Shown here one piece after another: positions 46,014-59,216 of a stretch of DNA of 64,000 nucleotides (within the stretch, counting starts at the first letter, position 1; every line of letters starts with the position of its first letter). The notes under the pieces were generated by a model that did not search any database, was not told the origin of the DNA, and saw only the letters and a program-made list of their open reading frames with translations. Location of the stretch: contig OZ361259.1 in NCBI GenBank assembly GCA_977018835.1, forward strand, positions 310,001-374,000, in the 5' to 3' direction. Source of the DNA: Minutocellus sp. GHC0000111 (taxonomy: Eukaryota). The position numbers and the translations under genes are program-made.

Positions 46014-49000
46014 ATGGCCTCGCTGGCAGTACACGCGGCGATCGTTGCGCCGTCCGAGCCGCTGCACCGACAACAACAACAACAACAGCAACGGAAACCA
46101 ACAAGAACGAGAATGAGAACGAGGCCGCCGCAAGACGACAACGATGGCAACAACGACGACAGCGACGACGATGTCGACGAGGCATCAACGAGCAGCTGGT
46201 GCTGCACCGACGACAACGACGGCAACAACGAGGGGGAGATGGCGGGTCGGCAGATCGACCACAGCGGCGGCGGCAGCAATACCAGCAGCAGGTGTCGGAA
46301 GTGCACCGGCGATACCACGTGCAGTGGCGGCGCGCGAACCGCCCCCCTCCCTGGACGCCTCTCGCCGGCCCCACTGCACACACCGCCGCCACCCCCACCG
46401 CCACTGCTCCTCCTACCATCGATGCTCCTGCTGCCATTAACACTGCTCCTACTCACCCTCTGTCCAACACCCACAAGCGCCACGCTCTATCTCCATACAA
46501 CATCCTCGGACGGATACGCCATCCAAACTCCGTACCCGTCGGAGCCGGCCCGCTTCGGCCGGGTGTTCGACGGGTCCATCACCGGTCCGGGCAACTTGTT
46601 CCTGCCGCCTCATGGCGTGGATTCGAAGTTGTGCAGCATTAGCATTGACGTGGATGGGGGGGGGATAATGAGGGGGTTGGCTCGCGGGCCGATGATGGCA
46701 ATGGGGATGGAGACGGTGGTGGGAATGTAGATGAAGGGGAGGGCGCCAGACGGCGGCTGAGCGTTGACTTGACCGCCGCCGGACCAACGGTGGATCGGTT
46801 GCGAAGAAACGGTCATCATCATCATCATTATCATGATCGCCACTATCGCCCTCAGCATCGACGACGACTGCTCGATCAAACGAACGGTGAGGGAGCACCG
46901 ACAGCTCCTGCCGCGGGGATGGTGATGGACTACATGGAGGGTCTGCTGCCGGTAGTAGAGATGGAGACTGGGGCAGAAGAAGAGTTTTATCCAGAATCCA
47001 CCAACCGCCTGCGGCATCGCTACCTCATGATGGCCTCGTCGGGCGGCGATAACAATGTGCTGGGTGATGATTGGGATGGTGATGTTGGTGATAACGACAA
47101 TACTGTTGGTGGCGACGGTGCCACAGTTGACGAGTGGGGCGACAAACACAACCCTTCTCGGCAAAGCCGGGACCTGCACGAGCAGTACGACGACGGCACC
47201 GATAGGAACGACGGCCACAACGGCCATCCCTACAATACGTCCCCGACGTCCCGCTCCTCGGCGGGGTGGGACCAGCCCCGTCCGATCGCGTTGCTGGTGG
47301 AGCGGGGGGGATGCACCTTCCACGAGAAGGCGGTGAATGCCATGCGGCTCAACCGACGGTTGTTGCGGGAGGCCGTCCTGCTCAGCAGGGATGGGCATGG
47401 TCGGACCGACGATGTTGATGCCGATATTGGTGACGATGAGGATGAGGAGGATGGGGCCAACCGCAAGAGGGTGTACGAATTTCCCGACAAGGGCGGTGCC
47501 GATATGGACAACACGGACGATGCTGCCGACGGCAATGGTGATGGAAGGAGGCTGGAGAGAAGAAGGGTGGAAGCCCATCGAACACTGCAACCAGATGCCG
47601 ACGCCACCGATACCTACGATCAGGATGCCATCATCGAAGAGGGCCTGGACTCGGTCCAGCGCGACATGGACAAGTCCGAGGTGGGGACGGCCCGCCCGTC
47701 GGATCTGATGGGCGACGGAGGATCCCCGTCCAGCGGATACGGCAATATCGGTGGCAGCGGCAATGGCAACACCAACAACATCTTTGTCGAATTGCCCACC
47801 CTCCGCATCGATTACCTCGTGGTGTACAACGACGAGGTCAACTCTGCATACGGGAAGGAGGATGACCTGGTCCTGATGGACCGACCGAGCAACACCCAAG
47901 ATGTCGACAGGGTCGATGTCGGATTGGTCTTCATCAGTCGAAGGAGTGGCCTTGACCTCCGGAGACGGATGGACGAGCTGTCATCGACAGAGTATGGAAC
48001 GACCGTTCCTTGGCCAAGTGGCCTGACCACCGATTATGACAAGCACGACAACGATGGTGACGGAGAGGATGACATTCCGGCATACTATTTAACGGCCAGG
48101 GATATGTTCCCCTCCACGGCCACGGAGAATGGCGGATGGTTCCTTCCCATCTCCGTCGATCAGAAGAAGGAGCTCGGGCCGTACGGCACCGCCGGATGGA
48201 CCCGGGGATCGACCACGCGAGATAGCTTTTATTGGATCCGATTCGTGCTGATTGCACTTCTCATCGTCACACCTGTTATGAGGGGATGCTTCGTTTGGCA
48301 CGGTGCCGGTGGCAGGGTGCAGTTCCGCCGTAACGATGCAGGTCGGATCGTGGGTCTACACATAGTTCAACCCACGGGAAGTTGGATCACTGGCTGGGAC
48401 GATGGTGGTTGGGAAGAAGGAGATGCCGAACGGCGGAGGGATCGCATTCGGAAAATGACGCAAGATGAGGTGATGGGCCTACCCGAGATTGAGTACACCG
48501 CCAGTACAGATGAAGACACTGACGAGGGCAATGGTGAGGACGATGGCGATGACTTGGAGGGTGGAGACGCTACTACTAGCAAGCAAGATGATCTTGACGA
48601 CATAAATATCTCCTCGTCGGATTCCCACTCACAAGAACCAGAAGCAACAGCATCAGGCAATGAATCGGCAATTTCTAGCGAGAACTCTCCAGCCACAAAG
48701 ACTACTTGCACTTCCTGTTCCATCTGCATCGATGACTTTGAACCGGGAGAAAAGATTCGGCTTCTCCCGCGCTGCGGACATGCCTTCCATACCGACTGCA
48801 TTTTGCCGTGGCTAACAGAGCGCAGTGGTTCTTGCCCGCTTTGCAAAAGAAATGTAATGGGAGATGGAAGCGATGGTCTTGAAGAAAGTAGTGCTGATGA
48901 ACATGACTCAAACAGCATCATCGATGGAGAAGATGATGCGGAGGAAAGAGCGATAGAGAACGAGGATGAAGACGTAGAGGAGGGTCGAGCAGATAGCAGA

Positions 49001-49138
49001 CAACGGCCTCAAGATTCTCGCGCGACGAGAGCATCGATCTCAAGTTCCAATTCGAGTGGAGCCATCCAGACTTCAAATTCTGCTAGGACGAGGCGAGCTC
49101 GGCGACGATGGAGAAACGGTCTCGATTCAGGTGCTTAA
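46014..49138 (+). CDS. PA-domain/TM/RING-H2 protein (RMR/RNF13-like); frameshift in the G9 run at 46656-46664
   Basis: PARFG, IALLVERGGCTF.EKA.NA, TM, CSICIDDF...CGHAFH..CILPWL...CPLCK; changing the G-run length joins the two ORFs. Confidence 0.8.
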
Positions 49139-49346
49139 TCTAATGAGTGATTAGATAATTGTACAATAGAAGCAAGACTAACACACAAGTGTAGGTTCTA
49201 TCTAACACCATATGCCTCATTGCCGATTTATCTGTGCCACCACCGCTGATGCCAGTGATGATGTACGGCGCTCTCGGTGATAGATGAATTCGGATATTTG
49301 ACTGCCAATTGTCCACTTCCACGTGCCATGCAATACTGCTTCCCCT

Positions 49347-50524
49347 TTAGCTATCCCCCAACCTACGTCCACCACCACCCCAGTTATGACCTCTCGAAGC
49401 GCTCCCACCGCCACCACTGCTGCTTCCTGCTGCTGGATCGTTCGGTGTGCGGACATTGCCAGGTCTCGCGAACCCGCCACTTCCACCACTGCCGCCGCCG
49501 CCGCGACCACCATGCCCACCAGCAGGGGCGACGGGTGGGACATAGTTACCAATGCCGAGCTGATCAATAAGGAACTGAGGCGTGTGGAGCAAATCCTTTC
49601 CATAAACAAGAGGATACACATCGACGAGGAAGTAGTAAACGTGTCCAAGGCCAATACCCACCAAGATGTCCCAGTACGGATTGCCAAGGAGGACTGGAAA
49701 TGGTGTGTGCGGGACGAGAAAGGAATTGTGAGTACGGAGGCTGAATGCGATGCTGAACGACATGGCAAAAAACTCATACATCAATTATGCCGCAATGTGT
49801 TAGACAGTGGATCACAATGGGCTGGTCTTACCATTCAGAGCCAAGTAGGCAAAGGGCAAGTCTGTGTAAAAAGAGTTGAAAAGGAAGTGCACCACAGAAG
49901 AATGGTCAAGTGAGTGGGCGAACAGGTCCAATATTCAATTCAATAACAGGGAACAACATATTGCAATGTTGCAGGGCTGGGTCATCAATCCAAACAAAAG
50001 TTACACTCACACATGCCCTTGACCGGAACGCCCCATATGTTGGCATCGACATTCGGGTTCTTCCTGCCCCATACGTAGAGGACGTAAAACGTCAGATTCC
50101 TCGTAAAGAGCGGTGCGATCGGGATCAGCCCACCGAGCAGATGGAACGCCGCCACGCACCCGAACATGCCGAACAGGAGACAGAAGAGATAGTCGGCCGT
50201 CCCCCCGCCGGCTCCGGTGTTGTACGGTCCGCCGCCCTCGTACTGCTTGGAGAACTGGTAGAGCATATAAAGTCCCATGAGGGTGTTGATGCTGAACGAA
50301 CCCACGTACAGGAACGAAGTTGCCAGGCGCCACACGTGGAAGGAACTTTTGATCGAGCCAAAGTCATAAATCAGCATGTACGGGCTGACGATGCCAAAGT
50401 TCCCGGCCAGAGTGAATCCGGCGGCACCACCGAACCAGTAGCGGGTGATGAGTGGGAGGGAGTTGAACCAGTCGGATATGCCCGGGGTGTCGTTCATCCC
50501 GGCGGCTTGGTTGGCGGGAGGCAT
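49347..50524 (-). CDS. DER1: Derlin (Der1-like ERAD component); exons 50524-50011, 49861-49832, 49693-49347
   Basis: LPLITRYW, VWRLAT, YVWGRKNP, spliced KGM-YLPFAYLALN-VLLG, GIGLGHVYYFL and C-terminal WGGGGRRLG (SHP box). Confidence 0.92.
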
Positions 50525-50925
50525 GGTGTGATAGGAATCGGTGTGCAAGCAATTCAAGGCAAAGGCCGTTGTGCCATCGTTAGATCCAGCTGGCAGCAAA
50601 ATGACTCGAAATCGCAAAATCGAAGCAGGCGAGGGTCAATTTCCATTACGTAAGAATGACCACATTCCGGCAGGCCGAGCGAGGCCTGAGAGGACAGACA
50701 CAGAGTCGGACGGACCACCAGCAGATCGAACACTGAGAAGTGAAAAGCTGCACTCTCGATGGTACCATTGTTACCATGACATCCCATGTCCAACTAAGAT
50801 TTACCCTACTCTCCTCTCCTCCGGACAAACGTAGATCTACGTGTAGATCTACTTAAACTCATAACGACCACCAGCACCACCACCAGATCTCTTCTTCACC
50901 ATCCAACGTTCAATAAAAATCCTAT

Positions 50926-52681
50926 TTAGTAACCCTCTTCTTTTTCCTTTTGTTTCACTTTCGCGTATCCCGAGTCACTCTTATCTTCCCGCACATGTGC
51001 CTTTCCAGACCTTGAATCCACAACGCATGCCATGATTAGCCAAAAACAGCAGCATAGAGCCCAGAACAAGGCTGAGAGGGCAAAAATATTGTAGGCCAGG
51101 GCGTGGGCCTTCTCGGGAGATGCTGCACCCTTTTCTGCTGTTTCATCAATCATCCCACTCGTCAGATATCCCACCAATGGCGCACCGAGTACTGAAGCAG
51201 ATATCTATGTTGAAAATGAAGGGTAAATCAGTGCCGGCACGGTACATGTATTGTTAGGGTTAGAAAGAAAAACAAATCAAAGGTATTGCATGTAAATGTG
51301 CATGTGCCCTGCATTGTCATTCAACTGACTCTGAGAACAAGGCAGCATGTATGTGACCAAACTCACCATCTCTAGGAGCAACCAGAGCGAGACAATCTGA
51401 GCCCTCTCCGATGGATTCCGAGCCATCTCGGCTGTCATCGGGCGGAGAACTCCCGCACGAGGCCATCCGGCGATGACAAAAAAGACATTTACCCAAAAGA
51501 ATATGCTCTTGTAGGTGGTGGAAAATAGAAACATACCGTAGGCAGTAGTTCCCAATGCTTTACTGGTGAGCGCGACATATATCCGACCTCGGGGCAGATG
51601 AGCAAACCTATCACCGCTTATTCCCTTGGAAAACTGGATGGACACGATTTGCTCTCTCGATAGGCCGCGCCACTCATAAAGCAGTAATAGGAAGCTCATC
51701 ATATCCCAGGGAATGCCGCCAAATATACCTTGACCTACCAGACAGAGGAATGCAGGTATTCGGGTAATTCGTCGGACAATTTGTCCCAGCGTCATCTTCT
51801 TCTTATCGTCGCCCCCAGTGCTCTTGCTATCCGCCTTTCCAACACCAGTATGGCCTGTCACGACCAACATGCGCGGAGTCAATATTGCCGCAAATAGAGA
51901 TAGTAGACCGATCGCAAGATATGGCATCTGCCAATTCGAGAACCAAATTATTGATGCAGCGGCAAAAGTACCAGCGAGCTTCTCGGCTAGTCCCATTACT
52001 GTGGATATGTGTGCGTTCAGAGGGACGAGAGGAAACAGAGCATGAGAGACCAATAACAAGAGCATTAACCTACACGAACCCACACGATGGTATCACAGAC
52101 CTTCCCTTTAAATATACTGCGCATGACTCACATCCAAAGGCTCTACCGAGCATATTGCTCGGTACGAACTCAACCAGCAGTGTCTGACTCAAAGGCATTA
52201 TGCTCGCTACAGCACCACCATTGATGCTTCGGAACAAAGCCTGTGCCATCACACTGGACCCAGCCACGGCAAGTCCCAATGTTGATATGCCCCACAAAGC
52301 ACAGGCCCACGCGAGAATTATTGGTGCTTGCTTGATGCTGTATCTGCGGACGCACCAGCTCCATAGCGGTAGAGAAAGAGCGTATGAAAGGTTGGAAAAC
52401 ATGGAGAAGTAGCCGAGGGTTTCCACCGACATACCAAGCTGCTTCTCGAGCATAGGGAAGGAGGAGGCCAGCAGGCCCTTATCAGCAGAATCAAGGGCAG
52501 CAATCATTATGACAATGAATGTAGGAAGGCTGAGGATGGATCGAATGGCATTGAAGCTCTTGAAGGGTAAAATGGACAGTGCCGATGACCGTGGGGCGTT
52601 CTTGCCAACGGTCGAGCCAAAATCAGCGCCGCCATCCTCCTCGTCGTAATCACTTCCGCCCTGATGCCGGCGCTGCTGCAT
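50926..52681 (-). CDS. MFS transporter (spinster-like), paralog 1, with a 30-bp in-frame deletion at ~51612
   Basis: AALDSADKGLL, GIFGGIPWDMM; ISG-DRFAH here versus ISGTIGTPLGGFLGDRFAH in paralog 2; two introns. Confidence 0.82.
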
Positions 52682-53648
52682 GGCAGAGGCACCTTCGAAG
52701 AACAACTCAGGGCGGCGGCTGATCGCGAATTTCCATCATCTGCTGGTGCCGCAGAACTTCGGCGTGCCAAAAAGATTCTTCTACACCTGCTGACAATCTA
52801 AAGATACGCAACAACCACCGTCACGAGATGTTGCATCAACTAAAGTGGCTTGAACCATGCTCAAAGATGAGGGTCGGGGTGCGTGGGAGGGCGCCTCCAT
52901 CGTTGACTTCATCAGTCACTTGGGTTTTGTTACCTTGCCTTCTGTGATTGGTCCAGGTAGCCGAAGAGAGAAGGCTCCGGGTGCCTTGTTCGGAGCTCAA
53001 AGATGAGGCTTGCTGAGCAACGAGATTTGAGCTAGATGCATCAATGACGCAAGTTGATAGACAAGGCACGATCAAGATCAAGAGGAAAGAGAGAGCAGAA
53101 CGACAGGACGAACGAACTCACTCTTCTTGGTAAAGCAGGAGCTGCATCGACTGAGAAGAGGATATCGAGTATCGCTCGATTCTTTTTTTTTCCGCCAAAT
53201 TGTTGTTTTACTTGCAATTACAACACAATTTACTAGATCTACGAGGGTGGATGCCTGGGAGGGTCCATGCGATACGAGATAGATGAGGCGACTGGACTTG
53301 GTTCGAAGGTACTTCGCGCGGTTTGCGCCGCCGCCGCCGCCGCAAACGCCCGCGCCATCAGACGAGAGGTGGCGGGGCGGGGCATGCAAGAGTCGAAGAG
53401 AAAGCCGGCACATCGCAACGATTCCTCTCTTTGATCCAAGCCCGACTACACATGTACTAAGTTGAGGTGCTAACAACTACTTCTAGATAGCCAGGCTCCT
53501 GTAAACTTTTGTAGTTCAATAGATCCAGTAGATTGCATATACTACCGGTAATTTGTTCAAAGTTGCCCGTGCCGTGTGTGAAAAATTCTACGGTACAATA
53601 CATGTGTAGATCTAGACTCTACATATGTACATGGTCGAACAAAAACCC

Positions 53649-55692
53649 TCATGCAACCTGAAGAAGCTCGATGCCCCTGCCCATTGTTTTACTGCTGGCG
53701 ATTGCCTCTGGCTTACCCACCGCGTCTTCGCGTTGACTAAGCTCGGCATATTCTACACCTCCCTTGCCACTTCGCACACCACTGGTAGTATTTGAATCCA
53801 CAAAGTATGCCATGAGGCACCAGAAGCAGCAGCATAGAATCCAGAACAAGGTCGAGAGAACGAAAATATTGTAGGCCAGTGCATTAGCCTTTTCGGGTGA
53901 TGCCATGCCCTTTTCTGTGGTTTCGTCGATCATCCCACTCGTCAGGTACCCCACCAATGGTGCACCGAAGATCGCTGCTGCGGTCTTTGGCGTTAATTGA
54001 AGAAAAGAAAGGTCCAAAACGAAATTGTTAGTGAAACAACGACACATAACTATATCGACGCCCGATCTGAATTGATGAATAAATTATTGCTCCATAACCT
54101 CCCAGAATGCATGCGCATGAGGAAGCGCAGCGCTCTCCCTTTAGAGAAGGAGCCATCCGGAGTCACGGCGGGGCGCATTGTCTGCGCTCCACCATGTGTG
54201 ACGGTCCGTTGGTTTGCTTTCGCACACTATAGGAAAACTTTCTGCCCACTGGAAAAAGGACGAAGGCCTAGTAACGGTGCTTTGCTCTGCTCTTCTGACT
54301 GACGGATACATACAAATGAATGCGTTCGGCAGCACACTCACCTTTTCCAACAGCAACCAGAGGGAAACAATTTGGGCTCTCTCTGACGGGTTTTGTGCCA
54401 TCTCGGCACATATGGGTCGATTTGCTGCGGCAGTTGTCCACCCCGCAACTAGATGGAATAGGTTGAACCAAAAGAATATGCTCTTGTAGGTAGTTGAGAA
54501 CAAGAATATACCAAACGATATCGTTCCAAGTACAACGCTGGTGAGCGCGACATATATTCGACCTCGGGGCAAATGAGCGAATCGATCCCCGAGGAAACCG
54601 CCCAGGGGCGTCCCAATGGTACCGCTGATGCCCTGGGTGAATTGAATGGACACAATTTGCTCTCTCGATAGGCCGCGCCATTCAAACAAAAGTAGCAGGA
54701 AGCTCATCATGTCCCAGGGAATCCCACCGAATATGCCTTAACCTACAAGGCAGAGGAATGCTGGTATTCGGGTAATTCGACGGACAATTTGTCCCAGCGT
54801 CATTTTCTTCTTGTTGCCATCCTCGTCGCGTTTCTCCTTGTCATCACCGTGACCAGATACGGCCAGAAACCGCTGAGCAAATGATGCGGCGACGAGCGAC
54901 AGCACACCGACAGCAAAGTAGGGCATCTGCCAGTTCGAGAACCAAATTATTGAAGCCGAAGCGATGGTGCCGGCAAGCTTCTCGGCAAGGCCCATCACTG
55001 TTAATGAGAGAAAATGTTGCGCAGTTGGTTCATATTGTGAGAAACAATACAATGCATGGCACATTATATTGTAGGGATCCCTAGTTTGCAAGTATAGTAC
55101 AAGTATAATACACGTCGATCATATCAAACTCACGTCCAAAGGCTCTACCGAGCATGTTGCCCGGGACAAACTCCACGAGCAGCATCTGGCTCAGGGGTAG
55201 GATGCTGGCCACGGCACCACCATTGATACTCCGAAAGAGCGCCTGAGCACCGACACTGGAACCCGCCACGGCAATTCCCAACGTCGATGCCCCCCAAAGG
55301 GCACAAGAACCGGCCAGTATCGACGGCGATCGTTGGATGCTGTATCTGTGGACGCACCATCCCCATAACGGTAGGGCGAACGAGTACGACAGGTTGGTAA
55401 AGAGGGAGAAGTAGCCGAGGGTTTCCACCGACATACCCAGCTGCTTCTCGAGCATGGGGAAGGAGGAGGCCAGCAGGCCCTTGTCGGCGGAGTCCAGGGC
55501 GGCGATGACGATGATGATGAAGGTGGGAAGGTTGAGGACGGACCGGACGGCGGCCAGGGTTGCTCTCAGTGATTGGAGGGTGTTGGTCCAAAAGGAGAGG
55601 GGAGCTGGGGCGCCGGCTGCCGATGAGCCGAAATCATCGCCGTCATCCTTCCACATGTCGTTGCTGCCGCCCGGTCTTCGACGTTGTTGCAT
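53649..55692 (-). pseudogene. MFS transporter (spinster-like), paralog 2, with a nonsense codon
   Basis: Colinear with paralog 1; CLVG-TAA-GIFGG at 54738-54740 where paralog 1 has CAA (Gln). Confidence 0.85.
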
Positions 55693-56214
55693 CGTTTGGC
55701 CTCTAACTGACAACTAATGTGCTGGTACTACGTAGTAGGTTGTTTGTGTCAACGAATTTGCGGCCAACGAAATTGACGCACGTCACGCTTTCTCTCTTTC
55801 TCTCTTTCAGGCGAAGATAATAAAGCTGCGATTCGTCTCGGAGGACGCTACCTCTTATGCGCCAAGTAGCTCGGCCGAAGAAGCGAAGGGGGTTTATGCC
55901 CTCTCGCTCGGCGCCATTCTTTTTGTAGGACTATGCAAGCCGTCGCGTCATGGTTTCAGCCATTGGTTGCTCATGATATGTTTTGAGCATGCAGGTGCAT
56001 GGCGAGCCATGATGAGCCATCATAGCCGGTTGATGGACGGACTTGCGCGCTCTGCACTGCAGTCTGCATGCAGCAGCTATGTAGCTCAGCAGCTCTCGAT
56101 TTTGCCGATGCCAAGCAGCATTTCACAACTCAACTCAACTCAACTCGTGACGCGTACTCTGGCTAGTATCGGCCGTCACGTGTCGCCCATTTCATCCAGT
56201 AATTTACCATCATC

Positions 56215-57564
56215 ATGTCCAGCAGCAGTAGTACTCTCATGCCAACTGACAAGCCGACGCCAGCGGCGGCAATCGGCAACCTTCCGATCCCACCCATATC
56301 ATCGCTACCACCGGAGATGCAATACAAAACCTCGGACGATGCCCATGGCAACAAGACGGTCATCCTGGGCATCGAGGGATCGGCCAACAAGATTGGCGTC
56401 GGCGTCCTCCAATACGATCCCAATACAGACACGTACGAAACGCTGTCCAACCCCCGCAAGACGTACATCAGTCCGGCCGGGATGGGTTTTCTCCCCCGAG
56501 AGACGGCGTGGCATCATCAGCATCACGTCGTGGCGCTGGTACGGGCGGCTCTGACGGAGGCCTATCCGGACGAGTCACAACCGCAGCGACATTTGAGCGG
56601 CATTGCCTTCACCAAGGGACCTGGGATGGGCGGTCCCCTCCGCTCTTGTGCCGTTGCCGCTCGTACTCTATCGTTGATGTGGGACGTGCCATTGATCGGT
56701 GTCAACCACTGCGTCGGTCATATCGAGATGGGACGGGTCGCCTGCCACAGTCCCAATCCAGTTGTTTTGTGCGTCAGTGGAGGAAACACCCAGGGTACGT
56801 GCGTCGTGCGCTGGTCTGCAACGATATCTATCGCTTAGGTATTTTCTTGACAAAACTTCCGTTTTTTTATGTTCAAATACATGATTTGCTCACTCAAATC
56901 TCTTTACTCTCTATGCTTCATGCAAATATTTCATTTCAGTCATCGCTTACTCGGATCAACGATATCGCATATTCGGAGAAACCATTGATATTGCCATTGG
57001 AAATTGTTTGGATCGGTTTGCACGGGTGATTGGACTGAGCAACGACCCTTCGCCGGGATACAATATCGAACAGTTGGCCAAGGAATGCAGACGAGATACC
57101 TTGGTGGACATGCCTTATGTTGTCAAGGGAATGGACGTGTCCTTCTCTGGAATTCTAACGTACGTGGAAACCGAAGCCAAGAAGCTTTTGGCGCCAGATT
57201 CCAACATTACCAAGGCCGATCTGTGCTATTCTCTGCAGGAGACCCTGTTTGCCATGCTCGTCGAGATTACCGAGCGAGCAATGGCTCACACGGGGCAGAA
57301 TCAAGTGCTGATTGTGGGTGGGTGGGATGCAACAAGCGTCTCCAAGAAATGATGGCCGACATGGTGCGAGAACGAGGTGGCACACTCTGTGCCATGGATG
57401 CCCGCTACTGCATCGATAACGGTGCCATGATTGCACAGGCGGGCATCTTTGCGCTGCAGTTCGGCCAACAGACCAAGCTGGAGGACAGCTGGTGCACCCA
57501 AAGATATGGGACGGATGCTGTGAAGACAACGTGGCGAGAAGGCGTTCAATGGCATCATACATAA
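56215..57564 (+). pseudogene. OSGEP: Kae1/OSGEP tRNA t6A threonylcarbamoyltransferase; intron 56795-56939; frameshift at ~57322
   Basis: GIEGSANKIGVG, VNHCVGHIEMG, SGGNTQ-VIAY and IDNGAMIA motifs; IVGG|VGCN is split between frames. Confidence 0.9.
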
Positions 57565-57631
57565 GTACCTAGGTAAGTCTAAAGAGTGATTTCACGAGAG
57601 AGCAGACACCCCCTCCGCGATGTTTCGTAAA

Positions 57632-57718
57632 CATTGTACCAACTTCCTTTTATTGATGATCCTTACTCAGAAGGGTATTGTAGACCATAATCAACAATAA
57701 AAGGAAGTTGGTACAATG
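57632..57718. repeat. Inverted repeat / hairpin with 29-bp arms (1 mismatch) and a 29-nt loop
   Basis: CATTGTACCAACTTCCTTTTATTGATGAT (57632-57660) versus ATCAACAATAAAAGGAAGTTGGTACAATG (57690-57718). Confidence 0.92.
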
Positions 57719-59216
57719 ATCTTGGTGCTCTTTTAGCACATGATATAGATATACGGTATTAGAGTGTTTCTTTTGGTACACTATTGTTTGAAAATTTATT
57801 TTTATGTCGTAGAATACACTTGTGCTGTTTCAAGAAAGAAAAAATACATCAAACTTTATAACGAAACAAAACCCATTTCGTTCAACGAATGGGGCCACAA
57901 CATGTGTCGCCGACGTGCCTCCCATTGAGAACAATCAAGACTACGGGGCACCATACCCTTGTAATAGCCTTTCACAACACTGTGGTGCAGCAGGAGACTT
58001 GCAATTACTTTTTTGAGCCTTGAAAAATTCGTTCGCGTTAGACCCGATTTTTTCGACAGTTTCCGACGTTCCATCACGACCATGTTCGCCCGATGTACAG
58101 CACCACCCCGGCCATCGCATACACTCTGACCACCTAGATGCCTTCCTGAATATTACTGGAAGGGATTTTTGGGCGATAGCGGTGCGTCGGTGCGTGCCTG
58201 TACCGCGAAATGTGGCCCAGCGCCATTACCACCCCCATTACACCACCCATCCGAAAGTTGGTCCGGATGCTTTTATGCGGTCCATGCACCACTTCCGTTG
58301 CACTGAGCCGTCGACGCTTCACCCATATATATACCAAGCGCATTTGAGTGGGGGGTGGTGGCATTTCTTGACAATTCATAGAGAAAACTATTCCCAAAGT
58401 CCCGTGTCTGATGTCGGCACCAGATTTCACCTTCATTGCTTCTGCCGCCCGAGAGGAACGAAACCGGAGAAAGCGGCCAAACCAACACGTGAGATCGATG
58501 GATGTAATATAGAATGAGCATCGTGCGTGCTGATATTGCGTGAAGGAACAGTGGTTGAGGCTTGAAGGGGGTTGTAGTTGGGGAGTTGCTACTTTCAGAT
58601 GTTTTTGCTTTCCATGGTGACGGCCACAATGATACAAAGATGGGGCCCAATATCGACCCTCTGGCGCAAACTTGCTCCCAATATTACCCAAGTGAAAGTA
58701 ATGCCGGTCAGGGAGGATTGAAATGGATGTAGACAAGCATCAGCCATCATTCTTTGCCATTTTGAAAATTTCTGGGCATGAGGAGATGTTGCTAAAATAG
58801 CACATGATGTACGAATGAGTTTGCTTTCAAGTATGCAATACTCACCTAACGCATGTAGTTGGCGTATACATCGGTTGGCTTGGAGTTATTTATCGTTATA
58901 CCATCATTTGGTGGCCTTCTTGTGGAGATGAATTCTCCTTGCTTTCGCCGTGTTGAGAGAGGCCATTTAGTGGGTTCATTTTTGCATTGGCTGAACCCAA
59001 GTCAAACCAGCACATCTTGTGGTTGCCGTTGCTTTGTCGACTTGTCGATCGTATCGCCGTCATTGCTCTCGAAGGCCAACGCAACACGATATTATCCACG
59101 TATATCTCGCTTTGACGTACCTTGCCTTGCTCATTGTTGCTCCAGTTTGCTGGCCAAATCAAATCGTCGTTTGTTCGACCATATTTTTGTTGTTTATTTA
59201 CTTGTCGACCTGAACA

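Noticed and set aside
52800..53480. Signal-peptide-like fragment between the MFS paralogs
   Set aside because: Too short and broken to assign; possibly a gene relic.
57300..57340. Programmed frameshifting or stop-codon reassignment as an explanation for the broken genes
   Set aside because: Lesions are heterogeneous (TAA, TGA, +1, -1, multi-base deletions), no shared slippery motif is visible, and intact genes use all three stop codons normally.
57720..59000. Several 75-200-codon ORFs
   Set aside because: No consistent frame or domain recognised; at most a degraded relic.
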